NCBI GenBank assembly: GCA_036846425.1
Contig: DAIUBY010000008.1
Span: 1-51,786 of the forward strand
Direction of reading: 5' to 3'
DNA from: Polaribacter sp.
GTDB lineage: Bacteria > Bacteroidota > Bacteroidia > Flavobacteriales > Flavobacteriaceae
DNA length: 51,786 bases
Shown in pieces: positions 38,846-49,900 of the stretch (its first letter is position 1; the number at the start of each line of letters is the position of its first letter). A program made the translations under genes and the position numbers. The notes below the pieces were generated by a model. It had not been told where the DNA came from. It made no database searches and was given only the letters and a program-made list of their open reading frames with translations.

Positions 38846-40051
38846 ATGAAATTTGGCATCCTCAAAGAGCGTAAAAATCCACCTGACAAAAGAGTGGTCT
38901 TTTCTCCTGACAAATTAAAAGAATCAAAAGCTCAATTTCCAGATGCAGAGATTTTTGTAGAAAGTTCTGATATCCGTGTTTTTTCTGATGAAGCTTACAA
39001 AAATGCTGGTTTTCAAGTAGTAACTAACGTGTCAAATTGCGATGTTTTATTGGGTGTAAAAGAAGTTCCTATTGAAGCGTTAATTCCGAATAAAAAATAT
39101 TTTTTTTTCAGTCATACCATCAAAAAGCAACCTTATAATCGTAAATTATTACAAGCAATTTTAGTTAAAAATATTGAATTGTATGACCACGAAACCATTG
39201 TCAAAGAAAATGGTGCACGTTTAATTGGTTTTGGAAGATATGCTGGAATTGTTGGAACTTATAACGGTTTTAGAGCTATTGGTTTGAAAACGAATTATTT
39301 CCAATTGCCAAAAGCCGAAACTTTGGAAAATCAACAAGCTTTGATTGATGAACTTCAAAGAATCAAACTTCCAAATCTTAAAATTTTATTGACTGGAAAT
39401 GGAAAAGTTGCCTATGGAGCCAAAGAAATGTTGGATGCCATGAATATCAAACAAGTTTCTGTTGATAAATATTTGTCCAAAGAATTTGATGAAACCGTAT
39501 TTTGTTTTGTGGATGTGTTGGATTACAATAAGCGTAAAGAAGGAAAAGTAGTGGATAATTTTGATTTTTACAATCATCCAGAATTGTATGAATCTAATTT
39601 TTTTCGATTTGCAAAAGTGACTGATTTTTTTATTGCAGGACATTTTTATGGAAATGAAGCGCCTGCATTTTTTACAAAAGAAGATGCTAAAAATCAAGAG
39701 TTCAAAATTCGTTTCATAGCAGATATTTCTTGTGATATCAATGGTCCAATTGCTTCAACAGTTAGAGCATCTACGATTGAAAATCCTTTTTATGGTTATG
39801 ATCCAATTACTGAAAAAGAAGTCGATTTTTTGGATGAAAAAGCCATTGTTGTAATGGCAGTTGATAATTTACCCTGTGAATTGCCCAAAGATGCTAGCGA
39901 AGGTTTTGGAGAAATGTTTCTTAAAAATGTGATTCCTGCTTTTTTTGATGGAGATAAAAATGGCATTTTACAAAGAGCAAAAATCACTGAAAAAGGAAAA
40001 TTGACAGCACGATTTTCATATTTACAAGATTATGTTGATGGAAGAGAATAA
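38846..40051 (+). CDS. Alanine dehydrogenase/PNT-superfamily oxidoreductase (saccharopine dehydrogenase / lysine-ketoglutarate reductase-like)
   Basis: GVKEVP, FFSHTIKKQPYN, GFGRYAG, ADISCD, MAVDNLPCELPKDAS. Confidence 0.85.
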   Translation: MKFGILKERKNPPDKRVVFSPDKLKESKAQFPDAEIFVESSDIRVFSDEAYKNAGFQVVTNVSNCDVLLGVKEVPIEALIPNKKYFFFSHTIKKQPYNRKLLQAILVKNIELYDHETIVKENGARLIGFGRYAGIVGTYNGFRAIGLKTNYFQLPKAETLENQQALIDELQRIKLPNLKILLTGNGKVAYGAKEMLDAMNIKQVSVDKYLSKEFDETVFCFVDVLDYNKRKEGKVVDNFDFYNHPELYESNFFRFAKVTDFFIAGHFYGNEAPAFFTKEDAKNQEFKIRFIADISCDINGPIASTVRASTIENPFYGYDPITEKEVDFLDEKAIVVMAVDNLPCELPKDASEGFGEMFLKNVIPAFFDGDKNGILQRAKITEKGKLTARFSYLQDYVDGRE

Positions 40052-40271
40052 CATACAAAATCAGCAATTTTTACATGAATTATCCAAAGCCAAAATGCCA
40101 TTTGGGAAATATAAAAACCAGTATTTGATTGATTTACCCGAATTTTATATAGTTTGGTTTAAAAATCAAGGTTTTCCAAAAGGAAAATTGGGCAATCAAT
40201 TGGCATTGGTTTATGAATTGAAATTGAATGGTTTAGAAGATTTGGTTAGAGGAATTAGAAATAAAAACTAA
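40038..40271 (+). CDS. DUF3820-like small protein
   Basis: KMPFGKYK..LIDLPE.Y..WF..GFPKGKLG..E.K.NGL. Confidence 0.8.
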   Translation: MEENNIQNQQFLHELSKAKMPFGKYKNQYLIDLPEFYIVWFKNQGFPKGKLGNQLALVYELKLNGLEDLVRGIRNKN

Positions 40272-40831
40272 TTTTTCACAACAATTCCATACGTAATTTG
40301 TCCAATTCCTAAGATGCTCAGTGAAGCATACCAATAACTGGGAATCAGAAAACAAATCACTGCTAATAAAAGACAAATTGCAGGAATTATAAAACTATTT
40401 TTTGACTCATTTTGAAGCAATAAAAATAAAATAAATCCATAAAAGAGTAAGAAAATAGGAGTGAGGATATCAATAAATCCCTGATTTTTTAAGAAAAATA
40501 ATACAATAAAAACAATTGCAAAACTTCCTAAATATTTCCAAAAACTATTTTTTGAACTTGAATTCCAAAGCGATGTTTTTAATTTTTTTGCACGTCTTTT
40601 TGCACTAAAAAAAATTGCAAAAGATGAAAATAGAAAGAGAAAAACACAAATACTACTGACTAAATATTCAATAATTTCAGCAGATAACATTCCCATTGGA
40701 TTGTCATCTATCAAAAAACCTTCTAAAATTGTTTTTATCAAAAAAGAAGCTACCAAAAAATAGACTCCAATTTGAATCGATGTAAATCCTTTGAGAGCAA
40801 AATGATTTTGATTAGAAATTTCGTTATTCAT
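40268..40831 (-). CDS. Hypothetical integral membrane protein
   Basis: 187 aa with about six hydrophobic segments; overlaps the kdsA stop. Confidence 0.7.
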   Translation of the reverse strand: MNNEISNQNHFALKGFTSIQIGVYFLVASFLIKTILEGFLIDDNPMGMLSAEIIEYLVSSICVFLFLFSSFAIFFSAKRRAKKLKTSLWNSSSKNSFWKYLGSFAIVFIVLFFLKNQGFIDILTPIFLLFYGFILFLLLQNESKNSFIIPAICLLLAVICFLIPSYWYASLSILGIGQITYGIVVKN

Positions 40832-41648
40832 GAAACTGATTGATTGTTTTACGAATTGCCACTAAATTCGATAATAGTTTTTCTAAATTATCCAAATGCA
40901 ACATATTTGCGCCATCGCTTTTTGCATTTGCAGGATCAAAATGAGTTTCAATAAACAATCCATCCACATTATTCACAATTCCAGCTCTAGCAATGGTTTC
41001 AATCATTTCTGGTCTTCCACCTGTAACTCCAGTTGTTTGATTTGGTTGTTGTAAAGAATGTGTTACATCTAAAATTGTAGGAGCAAATTGACGCATTTCT
41101 GGAATTCCACGAAAATCAACAATCATATCTTGATAGCCAAACATGGTTCCTCTGTCAGTAATCCAAGCTTTGTGATTTCCAGCATCTTTTACTTTTTGAA
41201 CAGCATGTTTCATGGAAGCAGGACTCATAAATTGTCCTTTTTTTAAGTTTACTACTTTTCCTGTTTGTGCAGCAGCAACCACCAAATCCGTTTGACGCAC
41301 CAAAAATGCAGGAATTTGCAAAACATCTACATATTCAGCTGCTTTTTCAGCATCCGAAGTTTCGTGAATATCAGTTATTGTTGGCACATGAAAAGTTTCG
41401 GAAACTTTGCGTAAAATTTTCAACGCTTTTTCATCACCAATTCCAGAAAAACTATCAATTCTACTTCTGTTGGCTTTTTTAAAACTGCCTTTAAAGATGT
41501 ATGGAATCTGTAATTTATCTGTAATTGCAACTACTTTTTCAGCAATTCTCAGAGCCATTTCTTCGCCCTCAATAGCACAAGGTCCTGAAAGTAAAAAAAA
41601 GTTATTTGCGTTTGTATGTTTTATTTGTGGAATTTCGGATAAAATCAT
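40824..41648 (-). CDS. kdsA: KDO 8-phosphate synthase
   Basis: GPCAIE, KANRS, QIPAFL.RQTDL, KKGQF, D.THSLQ, AKSDG. Confidence 0.96.
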   Translation of the reverse strand: MILSEIPQIKHTNANNFFLLSGPCAIEGEEMALRIAEKVVAITDKLQIPYIFKGSFKKANRSRIDSFSGIGDEKALKILRKVSETFHVPTITDIHETSDAEKAAEYVDVLQIPAFLVRQTDLVVAAAQTGKVVNLKKGQFMSPASMKHAVQKVKDAGNHKAWITDRGTMFGYQDMIVDFRGIPEMRQFAPTILDVTHSLQQPNQTTGVTGGRPEMIETIARAGIVNNVDGLFIETHFDPANAKSDGANMLHLDNLEKLLSNLVAIRKTINQFHE

Positions 41649-41716
41649 TTCAATAAAAATTTCTGTAAAAGTACAAAATTATATTTGCTATCTTTCAACT
41701 CTTAAATTTCAAAATT

Positions 41717-42715
41717 ATGAAAAAATTTAACTTTCTTTTGATGTTAATTATTTTAATTTCCTCATCAAAAACAAACATTATAGCGCAAACCAAAAATGCT
41801 GAGAACTCAAATAAAACTTTTTTTATTGATTCAGTTTTGGTAAAAAAACATTTATACACATTGGCTTCAGATGAAATGGAAGGCAGAAAATCAGGAACTC
41901 CAGGAATTGAAAAAGCGGCACAATACATTGAAAATGAGTTCTCTAATTTAGGATTGAAAACTTTTGAAGGATTGGATTCTTACAGACAAACCTTCACTTT
42001 TACCAATAGAAGAACCAAAGAAGAAATTACGAGTGCCAATATTATTGGAGTTTTGGAGGGAAAATCTAAAAAAGATGAATTTGTAATAATTTCTGCACAT
42101 TATGATCATTTGGGAATTGTAAAAAAAGAGGGACAGTTAGACAGTATTTACAATGGTGCTAATGATGATGCTTCTGGAGTGACAGCAGTTTTGGCTTTGG
42201 CAAAATATTTTAAAGAACAAAATTCCAATGAAAGAACCATCGTTTTTGTTGCTTTTACAGCAGAAGAAATGGGTTTGATTGGTTCAACTCATTTTGGAAA
42301 AGGCATTGATGCTAGTAAATTTGTTGCAGGAATAAACTTAGAAATGATTGGAAAAACACCAAGTTTTGGACCAAATACAGCTTGGTTAACAGGATTTGAG
42401 CGTTCTGATTTTGGGAAAATTATACAGAAAAATTTAGTAGGAACAGGCTATCAATTATTTCCAGATCCTTATGCAAATTTCAATTTATTTTTCAGGTCTG
42501 ATAACTCTTCTTTAGCAAGATTGGGCGTTCCATCACATACTTTTTCTACAACTTCCATTGATGTTGATAAAGACTATCATCAAGCTTCAGATGAAGCAAC
42601 TACTTTGAATATGACCGTGATTACGCAAACAATTCAAGCAGTTGCAAAAGGCACTGAAAGTATTATCAAAGGAATTGACACGCCATCAAGAGTGGTCATT
42701 GAGGAAAAAAAGTAA
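41717..42715 (+). CDS. M28 family aminopeptidase, exported
   Basis: LASDEMEGR, SAHYDHLG, NGANDDASG, AEEMGL, RSDN, YHQ. Confidence 0.9.
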   Translation: MKKFNFLLMLIILISSSKTNIIAQTKNAENSNKTFFIDSVLVKKHLYTLASDEMEGRKSGTPGIEKAAQYIENEFSNLGLKTFEGLDSYRQTFTFTNRRTKEEITSANIIGVLEGKSKKDEFVIISAHYDHLGIVKKEGQLDSIYNGANDDASGVTAVLALAKYFKEQNSNERTIVFVAFTAEEMGLIGSTHFGKGIDASKFVAGINLEMIGKTPSFGPNTAWLTGFERSDFGKIIQKNLVGTGYQLFPDPYANFNLFFRSDNSSLARLGVPSHTFSTTSIDVDKDYHQASDEATTLNMTVITQTIQAVAKGTESIIKGIDTPSRVVIEEKK

Positions 42716-42719
42716 GCTT

Positions 42720-43232
42720 ATGAAATATCTTTTAATCGTTTTTGGATTTTTTTTGATGAGTTGTTCCTCTACAAAAGTGATTACAGATTTTGATGATACA
42801 ACTGATTTTGAAAAGTTCAAAACCTATGGATTTTATGAAAATGTTGGTAAGGATTTGAATGAATTAGACATAAAACGAATTCTTAAAATTATTGATACAA
42901 CATTACAACAAAAAGGATTGACATTTAGTGAAACACCTGATTTTTTCATTGATTTTAATATTAGACAGTCAGATTTGCCCAGAAATACAATTGCAATAGG
43001 TTTTGGAAATGCAGGAGCAAATAGCGTTTTTGGAGTTTCTGGAGGAATTCCAATTGGAAATAAAAAAGTTTTGGAAACAATAACAATTGAATTTTTGACT
43101 TCTGAAAAAGAGCAACTTTTTTGGAAAGCTTCTATAGAAAGTATAGTAAGACAAAAACGAACACCAATAGAAAAAGTGGAATATTTTAGAAAAGTTATCA
43201 CTAAGATTTTAAATAACTATCCACCAAAATAA
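42720..43232 (+). CDS. DUF4136-like lipoprotein
   Basis: Start MKYLL at 42720 with lipobox LMSC; DF..FKTY, GGIPIG, C-terminal YPPK. Confidence 0.75.
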   Translation: MKYLLIVFGFFLMSCSSTKVITDFDDTTDFEKFKTYGFYENVGKDLNELDIKRILKIIDTTLQQKGLTFSETPDFFIDFNIRQSDLPRNTIAIGFGNAGANSVFGVSGGIPIGNKKVLETITIEFLTSEKEQLFWKASIESIVRQKRTPIEKVEYFRKVITKILNNYPPK

Positions 43233-43262
43233 AAATCCTTTGACAATTGTCAAAGGATTTTT
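43231..43262. terminator. Bidirectional terminator (perfect 32-bp palindrome)
   Basis: AAAAATCCTTTGACAATTGTCAAAGGATTTTT between convergent genes. Confidence 0.8.
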
Positions 43263-43284
43263 AAGTATATATTTTAATCAGATA

Positions 43285-43731
43285 TTAAAACTGATATCTA
43301 ACTGATAAAGCAATATCTGAAGATAATCCATTCAAACCACCAGCAACTCCAATTTCTGGACGATAGTCTATAGAAAGTAAAATTGGGGCATCAAAATTGT
43401 ACTCAATTCCCACTACTCCAGCAGCATAAATTCCAGTGTTTCCAGCAGAGACCAATCCACCACCAACTCCAGCATACCAATTGAATTTGTCTTCTAATTT
43501 CCAAACCCATTGATACAAACCAGTTGCCTTAAAATTAGTAAATTCATTTGCCAAACCTAAGTCAATTTCCAAACGATTGCTACTTCCTAAAGCTTTTTGA
43601 TAAGAAATTTCGCCACCCAAACCATTTCCTCCTCCAAAACGAAGACCAATTGCATTTTCAGAAATTTCTTGTGCAATAAATGTTAAAGATGTTGTTAGGA
43701 TGAAACCTAAAGTTAAAATTATTTTTTTCAT
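43285..43731 (-). CDS. Small outer-membrane beta-barrel protein
   Basis: Start MKKII at 43731; AIGLR, EISYQ, NWYAGVGGG, GIEYNF, terminal RYQF. Confidence 0.75.
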   Translation of the reverse strand: MKKIILTLGFILTTSLTFIAQEISENAIGLRFGGGNGLGGEISYQKALGSSNRLEIDLGLANEFTNFKATGLYQWVWKLEDKFNWYAGVGGGLVSAGNTGIYAAGVVGIEYNFDAPILLSIDYRPEIGVAGGLNGLSSDIALSVRYQF

Positions 43732-43916
43732 TTTTGTTGTTTTAAAGTTAATTTTAATCACAAAAAAACTGTTATGTTTCTATAGTAATTATGATTACAA
43801 AGTTAGCTTTTTACTTTGTATAAAACTAATATTTATCAGTAAAAATTATAATTATGATTATTGCAATTGATATAATCTATATTATTCTAATAATTCAAAA
43901 CCTTAATATCTTAGTG

Positions 43917-46900
43917 TTATTTTTCAAATACATTAATTCTTTCACCTTTTGAATGACTACTAAATTCTGGAGCATACATACTTTGAATAGTGGTAATGCC
44001 ATTGCTAAAATTTCCAGCATTATTAACTCTAACATCATATTCAAAAACATAGACACCTTTTGGAATTCTGTCAAAAAAGAAATTCGTAGCTGCATCTTTA
44101 GTGCTTTCATAATAGCCTAAATTTTCTTGCCATTTGTATTTTGATAATACATTTATAGGCTCTAAACCTGCTGCTCTCATATCTTTCATGTGAATAAACT
44201 CCATATCTCTATCTGAACGTAATTCAATTCTAACAGTTATCAAATCGCCAATAGCTACTTTTGTGTTTTTGTTTATTTCTTGCAATTCTTTACCATTATC
44301 AGAATTTGTTTTTAAAAATAATTTTTTAGTAAGTTTTAAAGGAGTTTCTGCTGAGGTAATTTTGTCTAAATCCTCAAAATACTGCCAATACAAACCTCCC
44401 CAAGCAATTCCATTTTCTTTTTTACTGATGGTAACTGCTGCCATTTCTTTTTTAATTTCTGATGAATCCCAACTTGTTTTAAAATAACCTGAACCAGCTT
44501 CTACTTTTACGCTTTTTAATTTTGTAGGAATTATTTCCTGCTCGCCAATTTTAATATTTACTTGTTCATCAATAGCCATAAAATCAGAACCATTTAATAA
44601 TAAAGCATAAACAGCTTCTGTGGTTGCTTTGGTTGTTTTCCATTGATTGGTTTGTTTGTTTTTTAATAACCAAATTTTTAGATTATCAATCGTTTTTGTA
44701 TCATTTTCAATATCAGAAAAAACCTCAATCATCAAAGCTTGAGTTTCAACTGGAGCCTGATAATACCAATAACCAGCAGTATTTGATTTCCAATACATTC
44801 CTAATTCATCTGAAATGATAGCGTTTTCTTTTAACGATTTTACAATTTTTGCAGCTTCCGTTTTTTTATCATTTCTAAAAAGTGATAATGCAATTTGACC
44901 TTTTGCATACAAGTTATAGTCATTCCAATAACTGATGGTTTGATTTTGATAATAATTTACCGCATTTTTTAAATCGGAATTCATTGCGATATCAGTATAA
45001 AAACTACGCATATAAACATATTGAATGATATCATAACTCAAATTGTTTTTAGCTAAATAGGCATCAAAACGTTGTTTTTCCTCTTTTTTATTTTTTGGTT
45101 GATAACTTTCTTTTTTAGCGTTTTCTAATAATTTATTATAAGTATTTAAAAGTTCAGCATCTAAGAAAGTTACTGTTTTTTGAATCATGTTTTTTGTGGA
45201 ATCATCTAAATTGGTAACTCCTAATTTTTTCAAATGACCAAAACCAGTTGCAATATGTTGGGTTATAAAAACACTAGGAGTTTCACTTCCTTTGAACCAT
45301 GAAAATCCGCCAGAATTTAATTGTAAATCTTTTAGCTTACTGATGGCTTTTTCTTGTTCGTTTTTCATTTTATTCAAATCGAACAATAAAGCTATTCTTT
45401 TCTTTTGCTCAGTTTCAGATTGTGCATCTCTAAGCCAAGGAGTTTCTTGAATCATTAATGATTTTAATTCTTCGTTTTTTTCTAAATTAGATAACAAAGC
45501 ATCTGAAGATTTCCAAGCATCAAAAACTTGTTGAATTTTAGGATTAGAGTTTGTAACAAAACTTGCTAAAGTATTGGCATAATATCTAGAAAAAGTTTGT
45601 TCTGCACATTCATAAGGATATTCCATTAAATAAGGCAAAGCTTGTAAAGCATACCAAACAGGATTTGAGGTCATTTCCAAAGTCAATTTGTGGTTTTTTA
45701 AAGTTGAAGAAGTATTATTTTTCAACTTATCTAACGTAAAAGTCTTTGTTTGATTGGAACGAACCCACATTGGCAATGTTTCTGTAACTAACATTCTGTT
45801 TGTTAATACTGGTAAAACATGTTGTTCACCATCTGAAAAATCTCCTGCTTTTGCAACTATTTTGTATTGAACAGCTTGTACAGTTTCTGGAATTGAAAGT
45901 TCCCAAGAAACATTTGTGTTACCATCTTTATCTACAACAAATCCCACTCTGTCACTTTGTGACATCTCTCCCAAAGGGAGAGAACCACTTTTGCTCAATA
46001 AATCTTGTGTGATATCTTTTCCAGAAATAGCGTCTGTTAGTATCAATTTTGCAAAACCACTTAATTGATTATTTGTTAAGTTGGTGATTTTTGCATTGAA
46101 TGTAATGGTATCTTTTTCACGTAAAAATCTTGGTGCATTTGGCACAACCATCAATTCTTTTTGAGTAATTGTTTGCATCGTTTTTGTTGCTGATTTTGCT
46201 TCTGTTGTATGTGTTAATAATTGCAATTTCCAACGTGTTAAAGCTTCTGGCATTGTGAAAGAAAAATGAACTTGTCCGTTTTTATCTGTTCTTAATTGTG
46301 GAAAAAAGAAAGCAGTTTCTTTAAAATCTTTTCTTGCTTGTACTTTTGATAATGCTGCATCTAGCTTTTCTTGCCCCGCTTTTGTATTAATTATAATTAC
46401 CCCATTTGCAGCTCTAGCACCATATATTGATGTTGCAGCAGCATCTTTTAAAACTGACATTTCAGCAATTTGAATTGAGTTTAAATCGAATTTATCCACT
46501 AAAACACCATCAACAATATACAAAGGTTGATTTTCTCCATCCAAAGTGTTCATTCCTCTAATTCTAATATTGCCAGAATCATCTGTAATATTTACCCCAG
46601 CCATTTTACCCAAAAGCACTTCAGATTTTACTGAAGTTACTGCCCCAGTGAAACTTTTCCTCTCTTCAGTTCCATAACCAGCAACAACGATTTCATCTAA
46701 ATGATTAGCCTCTTCTTCTAATAAAACATTTAGATTTGTTTGATTGTAGATTAAAAATTCTATTGATTTATAACCTAAATATCTGAATTCTAAAACATCG
46801 CCTTTTTTTACTTTAATAGAATAATTACCATCAAAATCTGTTTCAGTTCGATAGTTTGTTCCTTTAATTGTAATAGAAACTCCTGGCAAAGGACTGTTTT

Positions 46901-49900
46901 TATCTTCTACAACTCCAGTAATTGTGCCATCAAAATCTGTACGAGTGCTATTTATTTTTTGTTTTAAGTTTTTTAAATATTGTTGTTTTTGCCAATTATT
47001 TTCATTCAAACTAAACCCAAACCAATTGTATTCATCATATAAAATTCTTGGAAAATTATAATATCTAAATTGGTAATTTTTGATACTAAAGTTGGTGTTT
47101 CCAAAACTATGATTTGCTTTGCTTGTAGTGTAAGAATAGTAGCTAGATTTTGGTTTAATAGGATCAAACTGCCAATTGTGTGAGGTAAATTCGTCTAAAG
47201 ATGCATCATACATAGATGCTAAAACCTCAGCAGTTAGGGCATTATTTTTGTCATTTTTGATGGAGTAACTCCAAGTTTCTTCTTGTCCTGGTTGTAGTTT
47301 ATCTCTAAAAATATTCGTTTCTATTTCTATATTTTCTTGTTTTTGAGGAACAGCAACCAATAAGCTTCCACTTTCAAAATAATTAAAATTAACAAAGTGA
47401 TATTTAATTGCAAAACCACCTAAATCCGTATTTTTCACTGGAACTTTTATGCTACTTACTGAATTGTTCAATTTCACCAAATACGTATCAACAATTTTAG
47501 ATTTCTTTTCAATTTGCAGAACTACAGTCATGTTTTTGGAAGCAGAAGCAATTTGAATTTCCACTTCATCACCAATTTTGTAAAATGCTTTGTTTGTATT
47601 GATTGTGAATAATTTTGCATCTGCAACAGTTTTTTCTTTTGATGAAAAAAGTGAGAATCTTTTTTCATCTTTTACATCTTGACCAAATTTATCTTTGCTT
47701 TCTACGATCACTACATATTCTCCAGAAACCCAATTTTTAAGGTTATTTAGTTTTATTTCTTTTGATGTTTTTGTATCAAATTCAGTAGAAAAAACAGCTA
47801 ATCCTTTTTCCCAGTTTTTTTCATCTGTCTCATCATCTGTAAATGGATCATTTGGGAATAAAGTTCTAAACGTGTTTTCAGAAATATCTTGATAATCTGG
47901 TGCAGACCAAGGTCTTTTTCTTAGTGGATTTTTAGGTGCTTTTAGCTTGTAAATAGTAAGATTTCCTTTAGCAGGAACAAACTCATCATTTAAGTTTTTG
48001 GTATCAACTTTTAAAATGGTTTCTTCCTGATTTTTATCAATTTTATCATTCAAAGAAATACTTGCCGTTAACGAATGATAGCCAACTTTTACAATTGTTG
48101 TTGCACTTCTAGTTTCTCCATTGATGTCTGTGATATCTGCAGTTATTTCATAATTAAAAACAGGCAAACTTTTTTTATCAACAGTTTCATCAGGAATTGC
48201 GGTAAACACAATTTCAAATTCTCCTTTGTCATTGGTACTACTTTCACCATTGGTAATTTCTTGAGAAGTAGTATTTAGATTTGGTCTATACCAATAATAC
48301 CAACTTGGATAAACCACTTTTCTTTGAACACGATAAACCACTTTAGCATCAGTAACGTTTGCACCAGAAAAAGCTTTTGCAAATCCTTTTACGGAAATGG
48401 AATCGTTCATTTTAAAGCTTTCTGTGATTGGGTTAAATTTGGTTTCAAATTTGGGTCTTTTGTATTCTTCAACAGAAAAAGAAGTTGAGTTGTTATAATC
48501 AAAATCAAAATCTTCATTGTCATAAAACTTACTGTCATGTTTAGAACTTTCATCAACTTCTATGGAAAATTTGCCTGTTAAACCATTATTTGGAAGGATG
48601 AATTCGCTAGCAACTGAACCAAATTCATTTAGTTTTAAATCAAGAGTTTTAACTTTCTGATTGTTTGCATCATTTAAAATAACTTCAACATATTCATTTT
48701 TAAAAACTTCCGTTTTTTCTCCTTGTTTTTTTATAACAATTACTTTAAAATAAACAGTTTGTCCAGGTCTATAAATACTTCTGTCTGTGAAAATAAATGG
48801 CTTTAAAATAATTTGATCATCATCTTTATTAGTGTAATTTGAGTCGCTATAATCATATAAATATTGATTTCCAAAAAGAGCAAAATCGTTTTTGGTTCTA
48901 ACAGAAATATCTGTTTCAGGATAATATTTTTTGCTTTTAAATGAAGCAAATCCGTTTTTATCTGTTGTTAGTTTTTTATTGATTTCAGCTCCATTTTTTC
49001 TATTTTTATTTTTTAGATGGATAACTGCATTTTTAATTGGTTTTCCATTGTTTCTGTCAACTACTTGATAATTATTTTTTCCATCAAAATTATTTTCAAC
49101 CAACGTTAAATTGGTAACTTGAATTGAAGCTGTGCCAAAAATGTGTTCCTCTTTTAACTCTTTATGTTCAGAAGTTACCAATAAATATCTTCCAGCATTA
49201 AATTTAGGAACTATTATTTCTGTAGTATGAACCAAATAATCATTTTCATTTCTCAATGTATATTTCCAAGTTTCCACTTTTTGCAATGAATTAATGAATT
49301 TTTCTTGTTCTTCAAATTTGTAAATTCTATTAAATTCATACAATTGAGCGTCAGTAATTTTATAAGCTGTAAAAAACAGACTATCAATGTTTTTATAAGT
49401 TACTAAAATTCTCGATTTTGTTTGAATTGGGATAAATTCTTCAGCGTCAATTTGCAATGATTTTTCTTCAATTTGATTCTTTAAAATGGTACAATTTAAA
49501 GCGCCCATACTTTTTGGAAATTGATTGATAACAGCATCACAGATAGAAATTGCTTCCTTATTTTGTGATTTTTCTCTATGTATTTTGGCAATCTCAAAAG
49601 CATACAATCCATTGAGTTCATTGGTTTCAAAAGATTCTTTTGACGTTTTTAAAGTGTTCAATAAGTATGATTCTTTATCATTAAAAGTTGCATTTTGATA
49701 CACAAAAAGAATTCGTTGAATATCAATATCAACCAAAGCATTTAGGTTATTTTGCTTTGCATGAAACTGAATTAAATCTTGATAGATTTTTAAAGCATTA
49801 AATTGAAGTGATAAACTATCTTTTGATTGTAAATTTACTATTGAAAATGTCTTATAATCACTTAAAAAAGTAGGATTATCTATCACAAATTTATAAGCAG

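Noticed and set aside
42642..42719. N-terminal extensions given by the ORF track (also secDF 9744-9785, gatC 19432-19473, trpD 22010-22027, barrel 43732-43761)
   Set aside because: Downstream ATGs give proper signal peptides or family-typical starts; most of the extensions overlap promoters, repeats or upstream genes
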